A stretch of DNA of 50,753 nucleotides, the filler included, from Catajapyx aquilonaris (lineage: Eukaryota), in NCBI GenBank assembly GCA_000934665.2. It is 3 parts of 3 records of this genome, joined end to end, with 100 filler letters (N's around TTAATTAATTAA, not from the genome) between each part and the next. Parts side by side here need not be neighbours in the genome. Positions count along the whole stretch, not along the records: positions 17,561 to 34,104 come from JYFJ02007172.1; positions 34,205 to 50,753 come from JYFJ02007173.1; 1 more part is not named here. The stretch is one strand, 5' to 3'. A program made the position numbers and the translations under genes. Under the pieces are notes generated by a model. It did not search any database and was not told the origin of the DNA. It saw only the letters and a list, made by a program, of their open reading frames with translations. Below, piece by piece: positions 23,266-36,241 of the stretch. Numbering within the stretch: the stretch's first letter is position 1; every line of letters starts with the position of its first letter.

Positions 23266-24341
23266 CCCCATCAGCAATCCATATTGGGGCAATGTTGGCC
23301 ACAACATGGAAACCATTTATGGGGCATCATTGCCCACCATCATTGGTGCAATGTTGCCCGCTGCAAATTTTCTCGATATATCCCAACATTGGCAGGCGGA
23401 CGTGGCCCAATATGGGCAACCTCAACATGGAGCCAATGTTGGAAAATACAGGGAGGTCCGAGGTTGAAGGTAGCAGCTTGAGACCCTGAAAATCTCCACT
23501 TGGGTTCCTTTGAGATCATGTCCTCTATCCGCGTGAACTGAAAAAAACGCAAAAAAAAATGTTGGAAAATACATATTGGGACATCATTGGCCACCGTCAT
23601 TTGCGCAATGTTGCCCGCTGCAACTTTTCTCGATATACCGTATCCCAACATTGGCAGGCAAAGCTCGAGTTGGTCCGAGAGGACCACTCGATGGGCGGCT
23701 TGATCTTAGCCAGAGGCCGAGTAGCGTAAGATATAGTAATTATATGACCGCCTTTCCATACATCGGATTGTCCTGCCCCCACCATAAGCTTTGCCATCGA
23801 ACGACTCTAGCAAATAAATGTCACAATGAAGTAGGCCTACCACGGGGTAAATGAGCCGCATGCATTATTGTGGGATAAATCGGAGAAGACTTGCAACGAT
23901 ACCAGCGCCATCTGGACGCGGGAAGCTGCCGATCATACGCCCACATGGCTGCAACTGGCCAATGTTGCCTATGTGGAGCCGATGTATCCTCAATATCGGC
24001 TAATGGATGGCTAAATTTCTTGGCAATGTGGAGCCGACATGTCCGCAATGGCGGCTTTATCATGGCAATGTAGGCGTGGTGGCGCTGATGGGCCGATATG
24101 TCGCCTATGCGGACCCATCATGGCTTGCAACATAGGTAGCAAAATATTGGCCGAACATGGATTGCCATGTTCGGCCAATGTTTCACATATTAGCCCACAC
24201 TGGCGTTCCATGTTGGCGCAATCTTGGCCCGATATTCCGCTGTGTCTCTGTCCCTATGGACATCATGGCTGAACATCGGCCATATTGGGCTATGTTGCGC
24301 CGGCTTCCCCAATGTTGCCCCCATATTGCTTGCTGCTGGGG
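23266..24341. mobile_element. EnSpm/CACTA-type non-autonomous element
   Basis: CCCCA...TGGGG termini with an imperfect ~30-bp TIR and apparent 2-bp TSD GT. Dense short subterminal repeats (aacattgg/ccaatgtt/atattggc) in both orientations. Confidence 0.6.
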
Positions 24342-24913
24342 GTGCTTGTACAGTACCGTGCATAATAGCATATAACAAGTGTAAACAACGGCTTTGGCGT
24401 TACCTGGCAACTGGGCGTGTTCGGACATCGCCATGTGGAGAGTGCTTAGCGTTCTTTCTATTGATGCTGGGCGACCTAGCGACGGGTGTGCATGCTTACC
24501 AATAATGCATGACATCGGGATAAGCGGGCCGAGGGGATATTATTTTGAGAAGGCGCTCCGTTATTATCACACTATCATCATCACTTTCCAGCATGAGTCA
24601 GGATGCATGGAGTTACTGAATGATTGGGAAGGAGTCCGGTATGCTCTTGCCTGACAATTTAATATAAGGTCCACATTGAATGTCATCCACTCCCAATCAA
24701 GTCCAGTGTAACGGGTGAAAGGGGAGTAGTGGGTGGGTGAGAGGGTGTGAAAGAGGGTGGGTTGGTTGGGTAAGAGACACATTTTCTTTCTGAATTACTG
24801 TCCGAGTCTGAAATGTTGGATTTCTTCACCTTGTGAGATTAAGGTCTGAGAACGTTTTGAGAATAACTGATTTATTTCCCATTCACGATCAACATCAACA
24901 TAGTACCGTAGTA

Positions 24914-26306
24914 CAGGGTGATTCACATAAAACTGACACATTTCGTTTTCAATTAATTTTAACAAGAATGGTGTATTTATTTATTTATTTATTGTATCTC
25001 AAATGTAGAGTAACTTGGGAGAATACGAAACTGTAGAGGAAATGTTGAAAATGTCGTCCCTCTGCTCTATGCCCAGCGCAACACGTCATTCCATGTTGCT
25101 GGCCGTTCTTTGGAGAATGCTGTTGTCAAGACCATTCATCTCTTGTGTAGTGTTTTGCTTCAAATCGTCCAACGTTCGGGGGCGTGTGACGTAAACTCTG
25201 GCTTTTAAGAAACCCAATAGAAAGCAGTCCGGGCTTGTCAAATCTGGAGATCTCGGTGGCCACAGATTCTTGGAAATTATCCGGTCGACAAAGAAACTTT
25301 CAATGAGCTCCGTGGATTTGTTTGATGTATGTCATGTGGCACTGTCTTGTTGAAAATATCCTTTACCCAGCTATACGTCATCCAGTTGCTCAACAAACTC
25401 CATGAAAATGCGTCAGTACTCCAGTATTAACCGTCCGGTGGGAAAAAAAAATGGTCCCACTATTCTCTGTGTGGAGATTGCACACCAAACCCCGACTTTC
25501 ACTGGGTGCATTGGTGTTTCATGAATGATGTGTGGATTTTGGACGGCCCAATAGCGTGTGCTCTGTGCGTTGACAAGGAATCATAGCTGCACAGGATCCC
25601 GCTTAAAGGTGCATTCACATATCCGCGATTCCGTGCCCAGCGACCGATTCTGTGCTCCGTCGATCCACGACGCGGTGCCCCCAGCGACGGAGTTCCCGTC
25701 CAGTGGATGCTGTCACAATGTAGTGCCCCAAAGAGCTCTGCTACCGGGCCTCCAGCAGCTGGGCGACACCATGGCCGCGACCACGGCCATAGAAGATAAG
25801 GTCTGGTCACTCCCCACCCACCCCCTGCCGAGGGATTACGCACCGGGTGCTCCCTTGACACCGCCACAAGACATTTCCCAGAGCATTTATGTGGCGACCC
25901 TACCGGACTAAGGCTGAACTTTATAGGTACGAAAGGGGAGGGCTCGAGGGCTACATGCTGGCCCAACATGGCCGCCGGCGGCCATGTTGGGCCCCCCAAT
26001 GTAGCCTTCCCCTTTCGTACCTATAATGTTCATTCAGCCTTAGTCCGGTAGGGTCGCCACATAAATGCTCTGGGAAATGTCTTGTGGCGGTGTCAAGGGA
26101 GCACCCGGTGCGTAATCACTCGGCAGGTGATAAGCCCAGAAGATAGGGGTAGTGTCCGTGGGCTGGCCGCGACGTCGCTCGGGCACGGAGTCGAAGTCGC
26201 CGATATGTGAATGCACCTTAATTCGAAACTAAAAAGGGGCCATTATGTGCATGACCATCCGAATAAATAAAGAAAGAAATGCGTCAGTTTTATATGAATC
26301 ACCCTG
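24914..26306 (-). mobile_element. Mariner-family element with decayed transposase (nested)
   Basis: CAGGGTGATTCA TIRs. Minus strand reads YFQQDSAT*HT...RIISKNLWPPRSPDLTSPDCF.LGFLKARVYVTRPRTLDDLK. Confidence 0.85.
25607..26218. mobile_element. PIF/Harbinger MITE (nested) containing a ~300-bp hairpin
   Basis: TAA|AGGTGCATTCACATATC...GATATGTGAATGCACCT|TAA; inner inverted repeat 25824-26127. Confidence 0.8.
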
Positions 26307-26732
26307 CTGTATAAACCATAGACCACCAGACATAGCAACCAACATACTACTATGGAACATCCCTCTCATCTTTCCGGCCATTCTGTAACTCCACCATGGG
26401 CACCATCGTGGGAAGTGATGCTAGTGTGATAATAACGGAGCGCCTTCTCAAAATAATATCCCCTCGGCCCCCTTATCCCGATGCCATGCATTATTGGTAA
26501 GCATGCACACCCGTCGCTAGGTCGCCCAGCATCAATAGAAAGCACGCTAGGCACTCTCCACATGGCGATGTCCGAACACGCCCAGTTGCCAGGTAACGCC
26601 AAAGCCGTTGTTTACACTTGTTATATGCTATTATGCACGGTACTGTACCCTTACGTCACTTTATGTGACTTCCGATCGGGTTTCTCACATCGTTAGTTAC
26701 CTTACGATACGAATATCCCTGGTCACGTGGGT

Positions 26733-26880
26733 TCTGCCTAGTGAATGCATGGCTATTGTATCGACGCGACTGTGCACAAGTGGGGGCAAAAGAAGATTTT
26801 GGGGTTGCGACAATTCCAGTGGGAATTGTCGTCTGCTTTGGTCATGGCAAGGTAAGAAGAAGAGGGGCATGCTGTCAGGG
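26733..26880 (+). repeat. Duplicated piggyBac transposase fragment (copy of ~22626-22772)
   Basis: Near-identical direct repeat. Confidence 0.85.
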
Positions 26881-26905
26881 GGGGGGGGGGAGGAGCTTTG
26901 TTAAN

Positions 26906-27144
26906 CTTCAGTGCAACCCGCAAGGCTAAAAACCCGTTCAACCAGGTTCAAACTTACTTGACTCTTGCCAGCCCGCCCGACTCGATTCAAACTGATTGGA
27001 CGTGACGTCACGCCGTAGACCGTAATAAATAAATTGATTACTGCCGTATTCTAATTGTTTTATAAATCCGACCGGAGTTGTCGCCACCTACGATTTTTCC
27101 CCACCCCCTCGCACTCGCTTGACCCGTGACTCTGATACACCCTG
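26906..27144. mobile_element. Half copy of the 8997-9617 mariner MITE
   Basis: Matches ~9357-9617 and ends GATACACCCTG|TA. Confidence 0.8.
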
Positions 27145-27759
27145 TACACGCATAGGCCGATGTCCCTCGGGGGGGCCTCCCAGGCGTGGATCTCTGGCGC
27201 AAAAGCCGCCGTACTATAATACTTTCACTAAGCCACCTCACCGTACTATTGCTGCGTCCTGGAGGAGGGAGGCCTGAGACATGGGTAGTCTGTCACTCAG
27301 TGGAAAAGTGTACGCTGGAGCGCCAAATGGCCGGAGCCCAGCCCCTCGGAGCGCCAACTGAGACCCAGAAGAGCAGGGGAATTCGAAAGCAGACTGACAG
27401 ACTGAAGGCCGGTATTTACGCACAAGATCTCTCGCATACGAGGAGCCAACTGCGCATGCCCGGATCCGAGGAACGAGGAAAAGTTGAAAATTTTCAACTT
27501 TAATCCCCTTTTAGAGGGACCAGAGGGGCCCTGAGGAGACGAAGAGTCCTTCTCGACGTACAAGATTTCTCGCGTAGAGGACTCGCATACGAGAAACTCG
27601 CACGTCGATACCGGCCTTGACAGTATACGGGAGCCAGATGGGAGCGATGAGCAGTTGATAACGAGATGAATAACATTGCATTATCCCCATATACACATTG
27701 GATGCATGCGGGCCTTTGTAGGGTGGTGAAGGTGGCGGGCCTTGTCGCCAAGAGTGTTA

Positions 27760-28252
27760 AGGCCCGTTTACACGATGACTTTCCTAACATTTGTACTTTA
27801 CGCAACTTTCCTAACGCAAGTCCCTACCCTCCACACGGCCACTTTGCTAACGTTCTTACGTTCTTACTTATGGAAGTGGGCCGGTAGTAGCCAAGCAGCT
27901 GGGCCGTTAGCAGTGTTTAGTAGCAAAGCGGCTTTCTTCCGGCCTAGCTGAATCGGCACCGGATTTTACACCTCCTGCCCCTTCACTGTCGTCGTCGTCG
28001 TCGTGCTAGGCAACACGGAGGTGGAGGGTGCACGACGGTGCACGATATATCCGCAAATGGACAGGAGTTTGGCAAACTCCGCAAGTGCACGGGTGCGACC
28101 ATGCTGCCAGAGGGCGGGGCTTACGTGGTTACTTTACGCAGATATGGGATGTAGGCGATCCGACAGTACAAACGTAGGAAAGTAGGGCCGTTAGCCAAGT
28201 AGGAGCTCTCCGTCCCTACTTTACGTAGGAAAGTCGTCGTGTAAACGGGCCT
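27760..28252. mobile_element. PIF/Harbinger MITE
   Basis: TTA|AGGCCCGTTTACACGA...TCGTGTAAACGGGCCT|TTA. Confidence 0.85.
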
Positions 28253-29302
28253 TTAAACATGCGAACGTTTCGGAGTCACTGTTGTTTGAGGTTCTTCATG
28301 GGATATTTTCGAGGTCAACATGGTAGTGCGCAGGTTAGGTCAGGTCATATTTTGTAAATGTGGTTTACAGGCATCCATCTACACTTCTACAGCATTGTAC
28401 ATAGCAACAGGGAAGGCATTCATTTCCTGTATAATTGGTTAATTAAATAGCAATTCCCGCATATAACGAATTCCCGCTTACAACTCTACTTTGGGTCGGT
28501 CCCTTGAACTAATACCGGTAGACTACATCGAGATTTTACTGTACTGTACCTAGTATATGTGAAGTGTATACGTTACAGGGTCGGATGGTGCTCGTGAAGT
28601 CTCTGTCGCAACCATCGGAAATCAGCATACCGGCGCCTGGACGTCGACTCAGTCAGCGTGAACGCCCAGTGATTGGTCTGAAACCAACACGAGACCTTTA
28701 GTACTCAGATACCTACGACAAGGGCTGAGCGACAGCCTGTCAGCTAACTACCCAGTACCCACTTACCTTTATCTGCACCTGGTAAGTGGCGAATCTCATG
28801 TGCCACGGGGTGACAAAGATGACCGGTTCGGACACCTCTACATCGATGTAAAGCTGAGGAATACACATTGGCGAAATCAGTATGGTGCAAGTGACTGACC
28901 ACATGTAGACCCTAGATTCAAGGTCGGATCTCGATAATGTTACGCAACTATACTGATCACGTCATCTTAACGCATAATACGATGGCCTTGTTTTTTTGGT
29001 TACGTCCAGAAGAGTGATTATCACTTCTTTTTTCTGGTGCACGATACATGTAAACAAATACGAAGAGATGCCTGGCGTCAGTGAAGTGTTTCAAGTTGCA
29101 AGCATATAGTCGAAATGTGAACTGGGACCTGTGACCATTTTACGAAGATCACATGAGTGGTGAACTAGCAAGTTAACTGCAACTTATTTTTAAGTGGATT
29201 AACCAGAAATTGTCCAAGTTTTTAAATATCGTAATCGGTTACTCAACTACAGTATAACCTTATACTGGTACTTGAATGAAGGCTTCTAATCAAAACGTAT
29301 GC

Positions 29303-29562
29303 CAGTGCTTGCCAAAATGTTTTCGTTGCCGACCCCAGAAAATCGTCTCGTAAAATTCGCGACCCCCACTTCCAATTCAACCCTAACCCTCCCTCAGTGA
29401 TAGCCAATGACAATAATGGCTAAATTAACACATCTTCTCGTTTACGGGCATATTTTTCCAGAGAGAATCATGTTGTAAAAATAATTTGTTACCCCCTAGC
29501 GACCCCAAATATTATGTTCGCGACGCATAATGGGGTAGCAACCAACAGTTCGGGAAGCCCTG
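29303..29562. mobile_element. hAT (Charlie-like) MITE, degraded
   Basis: CAGTGCTTGCCAAA...TTCGGGAAGCCCTG termini and repeated cgacccc motifs; TSD not clean. Confidence 0.45.
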
Positions 29563-29616
29563 GTGTAGACTGTAGCGTATGATCCGCTCCTGTAAGGGCC
29601 ACTGTTCCACCGTACT

Positions 29617-29680
29617 CAATTAATTAATTAATTAATTAATTAATTAATTAATTAAATAAATAAATAAATAAATAAATAAA
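29617..29680 (+). repeat. (TTAA)n(TAAA)n microsatellite
   Basis: Seen directly. Confidence 0.9.
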
Positions 29681-29979
29681 TGTCCGTTTTATGTATACGT
29701 GCCATTCAAAATCTGTTGTGAATCATTGCTTTGCTCATTCTGGCAGTTTAGTCATAATCCGTTATTCCAGAATAATAATCGCAAATTCTCGTTATGGAGA
29801 TGTTTGGGTTTGATTAATCCTCGCAAATGAACTTGCAATATGAAATACAATCACGCGACGCGACCATGAAACTACTAGAACGATTACCGAACATGACTCT
29901 GGTTCTCTTTAACGTCCTAACGAACTATGAACTATGAATAGCCATTTCTCCGGGTCACCTCTGCCACGTGTAGGCATAT

Positions 29980-31543
29980 GAGAAGCTCGGGTGCAAAAGT
30001 GCCTAAGTCCATTTTCGTGAAATTTGAGATAGCAACACCATGTAGTCAATGAGAAGGCCCTCAACAAGTTGGTGAAAAAATCACAAAAAAATCGCATCAG
30101 TATCGTTGTTATTCACCTTGAAAAAAGTCGATTAGCGGAAAAGCGCCTCAGTCATGCGGGAGTTCGTTTGCAAAACTGCCTGAGTCCTTCAGAACCAATC
30201 GGGAGCAGAGATTAATGGCAGCCTCCGTACCGGAAAAGCTGCAAAATATTTTATAAGGCCTCTGTTTCTGAACATTGTGACAGTGAATCAGCTGATGGCT
30301 GAATTAAATACAGGGTGTTACACAAGTCCGGAACAATAGGTAGGCTAATTGCATAGCATTGTTGGTTACTAGTTATGCCAACTACTATACTATCTAATTT
30401 TTTAAAATAAGCCAGAAATGTGCATGATAAAATTAAACCGTAATTTATTACACTTACATTTTAAAAATTATTGTTTCAGTAAGTTTAATAGACATGTATT
30501 CAGCCCTCTTTCTGGCAGGAAAAGAAGGCGATACTTTTAAATACGTTTAAAATTTCAGTGTAATAGAGCACGATGTAATTTTATCACGCACATTATTCTG
30601 GCTTGCCGTCGATACATTCGCGAAGTAATTCGGATGAGCAACGGCCGAGATACCTGAGGTGGGCAATTAACTTAATTATGATTACACAAATGGCTATTTC
30701 TAAGTTTCAAATATATCATTAGATAGACAAAGATTTGCACTATTCAGGGTTCACAGGGGAAATTTTTGGCCTCCGAGAAGTGTCATTAAAAAATCATTTT
30801 GCGGCGTCATCGTCAGCAACTAGTCAAAAAATGCCACCTTTCCGTGTTCTCCTTGCGGTAAAAAATTACACAATGAAGATAGGTAAACCAGGTTTATACA
30901 AGCTCTCTGACGATGTATAACGTTATTTTTTGGACCATTTACCTGGGAGTTATTTAGAGTCCAACACGGGGCTCATATTTAAAAATAGGATAGTAGTGTT
31001 TTTTTTTCTTCATTTCATTGATTTTGCATACCGCATTATGACCCAAAGCGGTCTTTAGGGAGCACCCATCCAACTAGCAGTTTGATGACAGTAAGTTAAG
31101 GTTGACTTGGCACTGTTAGCATTTTTTGCAGTTGGCACAACATGAACATTACTGGAAACCAACAATGCAATTCAATTACCTTTGGGTCCGGACTTGTGGG
31201 ACACCCTGTATTGTAAGTTTGATTAATAAATTGATGGAAATGTTGCATCAGTTAGTCATTATTCCGTGGCAAAATCCAGAATATAATGATTATTGTATCA
31301 ATACTACTTTGAAGTAAGGCAATTTTTTGCACAACTGCCTAAGTCCAAATGGTTTATTGTCATTATCTGTAAAACTGCTGTGACTAGATTTCCTGCACTA
31401 TTGCTAGTGGAAGGGCACGGATCATATCAATTACCGAAGTAATGAAGAAGTGACTAATTCTAGCTAGTATGGCGCTATGCTTTCTTGCCCTCTCGTGAAA
31501 AAGGAAGAAAACGGACTTAGGCACTTTTGCATCCGAGCTTCTC
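29980..31543. mobile_element. Sola-like non-autonomous element
   Basis: ATAT|GAGAAGCTCGG(g/a)TGCAAAAGTGCCTAAGTCC TIR ...CTTCTC|ATAT. Confidence 0.75.
30311..31208. mobile_element. Mariner-type MITE nested in the Sola-like element
   Basis: TA|CAGGGTGT..CACAAGTCCGGA ... TCCGGACTTGTGGGACACCCTG|TA. Confidence 0.75.
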
Positions 31544-31773
31544 ATATACCGGTATATCCGTTACACGTGTCGGTTTGCCTGAATCAAAATGATTGTTGTT
31601 CACCTTAATATGTTCACCACTAAAATGTACAACACTTGACAAAGCACACAGTATCTTGCCTCGCATACTGTATTGTTAGAAAAATTTATTAAAAAACTGT
31701 ATTATATTACTACTATACTGTATATTTGAAGCAGAGTACTCTTGACCTGTCCTTTTCTTTAGGCTACGTATTA

Positions 31774-32849
31774 CACTAGATGCAACAAATTTTGACTTTT
31801 TTTGTCCATGGAAATTCATCGTCATATTCGTGTTCCTTAGGTCACAAGTAACTCATAATGGGCATTCATTTTGTCTTTGATATGTTTTTGACTTCAGGGC
31901 AGTCAAAAACCAAAAATCCTCAAAATAATATAGCCGTTTTTTCCCAATCAAGTGGTTAATAAATGTTGCTAGACCATCTCGGATTTTTCTGAAAATAATC
32001 ACAGCAGTACACACCTATACCGTAACACTGCATATCAAGTTTCAGCCAAATGGCGAAATACCGCGGGGAGGGAAAAAATCGCGAAATTTTGAAAATGGAC
32101 CCTTTTTGATAATTTTTTCCGGTTATTGGAAGTGGTCAAAACCCAATCAACATAAATGAAAGGGGGACGCGAGTAGAATGTGCCTATGGAATATGATTTT
32201 CTCGAAAATGCACTCAGAAAAACATGTAAGGCATTTCATCGGTTACTTGCGCGGTAACATGTCCAAAATGTTTAGACCCCAACAATTAGTGACGTATTTT
32301 CGTAAGAGCAGCCATATTTGGTGACAGGAATTGTGACCTATACAAGATTCAATATGTTCAGTTTCAATACTGGGGCATGCATGGCTCGCGAGAAAATAAT
32401 AGATATGTTTGCCGAATTGCCATTAATTTTAATGGAGCCAAATTATTCTTGGACATGTGACTGATGAAATCCCACACATGTTTTCTGAGGGCATTTTCCG
32501 GAAAAACAAATTCCATAGGCGCATTCTACTCGCGTTTCTCTTTCATTTGATAGATATGATGATTGGGTTTTGACCACTTTCAATAACCGAAAAAAATATC
32601 CAAAAAAGGCTCCATTTTCAAGATTTCGTGGTTTTTTCCTTCCCCACGGTATTTCGCAATTTAAACTTGATACGCAGTGTTACGGCATATGTGCGTACAG
32701 CTGTGATTATTGAGGATTTTGGTTTTTTGACTGCCCCAAGGTCAAAAACAAATCAAAGATAAAATGAATGTTCATTATGAGTTACTTGCGATCTAAGGAA
32801 CATGGCAATAGCAATAAATTTCCATGGACAAATATCGTGTTGCATAGTG
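31774..32849. mobile_element. Chapaev3/CACTA-type fold-back MITE
   Basis: TTA|CACTA...TAGTG|TTA with ~450-bp imperfect arms. Confidence 0.7.
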
Positions 32850-33990
32850 TTATTGCTTCGAACAGAGAATACTGGTGTTGTCACAAGCCTTTCATTCATT
32901 GATACATTGTTGAAAGTCATTGACAGTAAGTTACTACCATTCTCTGGATGAAGCAATACTTGATGTATGGTATTACTGTACCTTTTCTCGTTCTGAGTCC
33001 ATGTCCTGAGTTTTGCTTGATAATGTCGAGTGACGCGAGTATTTGGCAGTGGTTTACCTTACCAGTGAGTGAGTACACGAGTGCAGAGACACTTTAAGAG
33101 CATAAGCCCCGCCCAAGGAGTAGGGGTTGGGGTGTCGTGGGTGGATGACTGAGTAGTGTACTGTATCCATCACTAGATGGGACCTGCACTTTTTTTTGAT
33201 GCTCTGACAGCCAATCAGTTCCTTATTTCACGCGACATTTGACGCCCTCTAATACCCTAGTCTCGGTAGGGAGGAATAGGGGGAGAGGCAGACAGTGCCC
33301 CCATCCCGCCCCATCCCCCCATTCTTTTATCGGACCATTACCCCAACCTTTCCGGCAATGTCAAGACACAGAAATCCATTCATCAGGTCTCTCCGAGTTA
33401 TTTAAGTGACCCTGGGGAGAAATCGGTAGGGGTCACTGCTGAGATCCCACGACCTTGCCCTGGACACCATCCACACCCCAGATTACAGTATCGGTTGTAT
33501 GTGTATACTGCATATTATGATAGGCTATACTAGACTACATGCACCTCGTGCATATAAAGTGCATTATACTAGTGCTCAAGCCATGAATATATTATAACTT
33601 AGGGTACTTATTAACGTTATTGTGTGGCGTTACTCTGCAGTCATGCAGTGCACATTAATACACAAATCCTCCATCTCCAACAATGATGTGCGGTAAAAAC
33701 TTAAAAACATGGCATACTACTGCTTCAATCGTTTCTGCGCACATTAGCAGTCCCTGATTGTTTTGGTGTGGATACGTCTTTAAAATCGGATCAGGGGGCA
33801 TGCAGGAAAACTCGAGCGTTACAGAAAAGCGTTACAGTATATTATAACCGAGTCTGCTATAACCGACAGTATGTTACCTGCTCATTACGTCACACATACA
33901 CACATACTTCCACGCCCTTTGCACATTACGTCACATACGAAAAAGCGTTACAGTCAGGCCTACAGAAAAGCGTTATAGTCGGGGCCCCGC

Positions 33991-34104
33991 ACCGAAGCAG
34001 GTTGGCGTAGTGGATAAGGCGTCCGACTGCTAATCGGGAGGTCCTGGGTTCGAATCCCGGGGCCGGCAACCTTGACCGTGGTTTTCTGTGGTTTTCCACG
34101 GTCT
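33991..34104 (+). mobile_element. SINE family A head, truncated by the linker
   Basis: accgaagcag..TGGCGTAGTGG..GACTGCTAATC..GGTTCGAATCC; homologous to 1360-1471. Confidence 0.88.
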
Positions 34105-34204
34105 NNNNNNNNNNNNNNNNNNNNNNNNNNNNNNNNNNNNNNNNNNNNTTAATTAATTAANNNNNNNNNNNNNNNNNNNNNNNNNNNNNNNNNNNNNNNN
34201 NNNN
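34105..34204. other. Artificial linker (44N-TTAATTAATTAA-44N)
   Basis: Identical to 17461-17560. Confidence 0.95.
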
Positions 34205-34489
34205 AAACTACCCCTAGTGATACCCCAGGGGCATATGTGGAGGCCTCCGTACGGATCTGTTTAGGTCACACCAAGGGACATACGTCTTGAAATATATATT
34301 AAGATATCTTGTCTTCAGAGTATGTGCAGAAAATCTAAGTGCTTTTGACCTAGCTGGTAGCGAATGGGTTAAAATTTTCCAGATAATAGTCGATGATGGC
34401 CGATTTTTCGAGTAGCATATATATTGTTCACAGAAAGTATTATTTAGTAAAATAAATGCTAGTTGCACAATGTAGCAACAAGGCAAATG

Positions 34490-34796
34490 TTTTTTTTGTT
34501 GCTTTTTTGCATTACCCCATTGGGATTTACCATATCCTTTAGGGGGGTGGATTACCACCATCAGAAATTGGAGCCATATAAGAAGATCTTAATTAATTAC
34601 TCCAGGGTAGGTAGGAGGGGATGTGCAAAGTGCAAGTGCAATGTCTCTAATGGTCATTTTGTGAGCTCCCCCGGGTGGCTTAGTCTGTCGGAAATTGCCA
34701 CCCGAAATGAAGCCAGAGATGGCCCAACTCTGCACGGATAAAGGTGGGAACCCCGGGTGGAGCGCGAGCGTTACCACTGCGCCACTTCACCTCCCT
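34490..34796 (-). mobile_element. SINE family B, B box deleted
   Basis: Family-B body; TSD ggcaaatg at 34482-34489 and 34797-34804. Confidence 0.85.
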
Positions 34797-35114
34797 GGCA
34801 AATGGAATATTACAGATCGGTCAACATAAGAACGCAACTGAGTGTGCATCGCCGTGGCGGACAGGATGCAATACTGGTACTGGAATCAGAAGTGATCTGT
34901 ATGACCATGCCAGCGCTGTCAGAAAAAAGTGTCGACCTGAACAGGTGACATGATTTTTCTCTCTCCCCCTTGGGACATCCCCGGTGGGGAAGTTTTTTCC
35001 GGGGACATAATGTGTTGTGGACGAAATTTCTGGGGACATTTTGTCTGGGATGAAATTTCCTAGAACCCCCGTCCTTCTGACTTCTCGTCAGCTATTACTG
35101 GTCAAGGTAATCAC

Positions 35115-35252
35115 CTGCTGTTGTTGACGTGGTGGTCGCTGCTGTGGTGGTCGCTGCAGCGGTGGTGGCGGTGGAGCAGGCTGCTGCAGCGGTGGCGGCG
35201 GTGGAGCAGGCAGCTGCAGCGGTGGCGGCGGTGGCTGCAGCTGAGGTGGTTG
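35115..35252 (-). CDS. Putative Pro/Gln-rich internal exon (QPPQLQPPPPPLQLPAPPPPPLQQPAPPPPPLQRPPQQRPPRQQQQ)
   Basis: ttacacag acceptor and CAG|GTGATT donor, 46 codons, phase 0/0; product unknown. Confidence 0.5.
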
Positions 35253-35537
35253 CTGTGTAAGCAGAATATTTGTTCGTCAAAAAATTCAGATTCACTTCCA
35301 AACTAAACAGCTAGAATAGGGGACCTGATCAGGGCACAACAAGCTACAGGCACAAAACAAAACCTTTGAGTGAAATTTCCAATAACTAAAAGGACCCGTG
35401 AACTTGGAACATCATGCATAATAAAGCTCCTCTCAGTATAGCAGAAGACATGGTCCCCAACTGATTCCTCCCATACATACATAATGATATTTTATTTCAG
35501 TCAACTCTATCAATCGGCCAACAAATTCAACCAGTTA

Positions 35538-35920
35538 CAGTGACTCTTGTGTGTTAGGAATCGGACGGGACCCTAAAAATAGTCCGTAATGAACAGGTTT
35601 CCGCTATATTCAGATCAAGGACGTTTCTTTAAGTTTTTTTGCTAGTGAGAAAGAGAGGAAAATGGGGAGACAAAAAGAAGCACCTTACTTTCAATATGGT
35701 ACAAAATCAGTCCACCTAACACACACGACACACTTTTTTCTACGAAATTCTGTGCCTGTGTCAGGAACTTTCCAGCCACCCATTTGAAACACTAGGTTTT
35801 GCCATACCAAGGTTTTGGGATATTAATTTTGCCTGCTCTTTTGGACCAACTGCTTGGACACGATCAATATGTTGAGCCGATGTCAAACCCCGTCCTCTTC
35901 TCCGACATTTTAAAACTGGA
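35538..35920 (-). mobile_element. Tigger/pogo remnant with CENP-B-type HTH fragment
   Basis: TA|CAGTG terminus at 35538; AKLISQNLG..SNGWLE resembles the Tc5/CENP-B 'SNGWLEKF' motif. Confidence 0.55.
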
Positions 35921-36241
35921 CTGAACAGTGGACTTGAAGGCAGGGCACCTACGAATAACGGGTCACAATATTCTTGGCCCCCCAACAAGCCGCATCTCCG
36001 TTTTCCAACCAAAATTAGTCCCCTTTCCTCTCGAAATATCTTCAATGCACTGTCTCACAGCAATGCCAGTCGTTATGTACATTTTAGCGTATTAATTTTC
36101 ATAATTAAATGAGACTAACAGTTGGCCCGTAGTACTCGAATTTCGAGTTTTCAAGACTGTCTTTTTGTAAATTAATTTAGGGACTTCTGGATGAGTAAAA
36201 TTGTTCACAACTCATACATAGTGTTTTCCATGAATGGATAA

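Larger units (their letters stand above)
24351..26645. mobile_element. pogo/Tc1-type element with ~230-bp TIRs
   Basis: TA|CAGTACCGTGC...GCACGGTACTG|TA; arms 24351-~24590 and ~26411-26645. Confidence 0.85.

Noticed and set aside
23226..24515. Many overlapping 60-115 aa ORFs
   Set aside because: By-product of stop-poor subterminal repeats in the EnSpm-like element and the adjacent TIR.
28578..28701. Possible terminal exon GRMVLVKSLSQPSEISIPAPGRRLSQRERPVIGLKPTRDL*
   Set aside because: An acceptor is present, but there is no recognisable homology and no upstream exons.
32981..33130. First exon MDSEREK|gt with an upstream GC box as the kanadaptin 5' end
   Set aside because: It lies across an artificial linker, no linking exons were found, and the peptide is too short to identify.
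33991..34075. Genuine tRNA-Ser(GCT) gene
   Set aside because: No acceptor stem or long variable arm; it continues into the SINE-A body, and the homologue at 1058-1471 has a tail and TSD.
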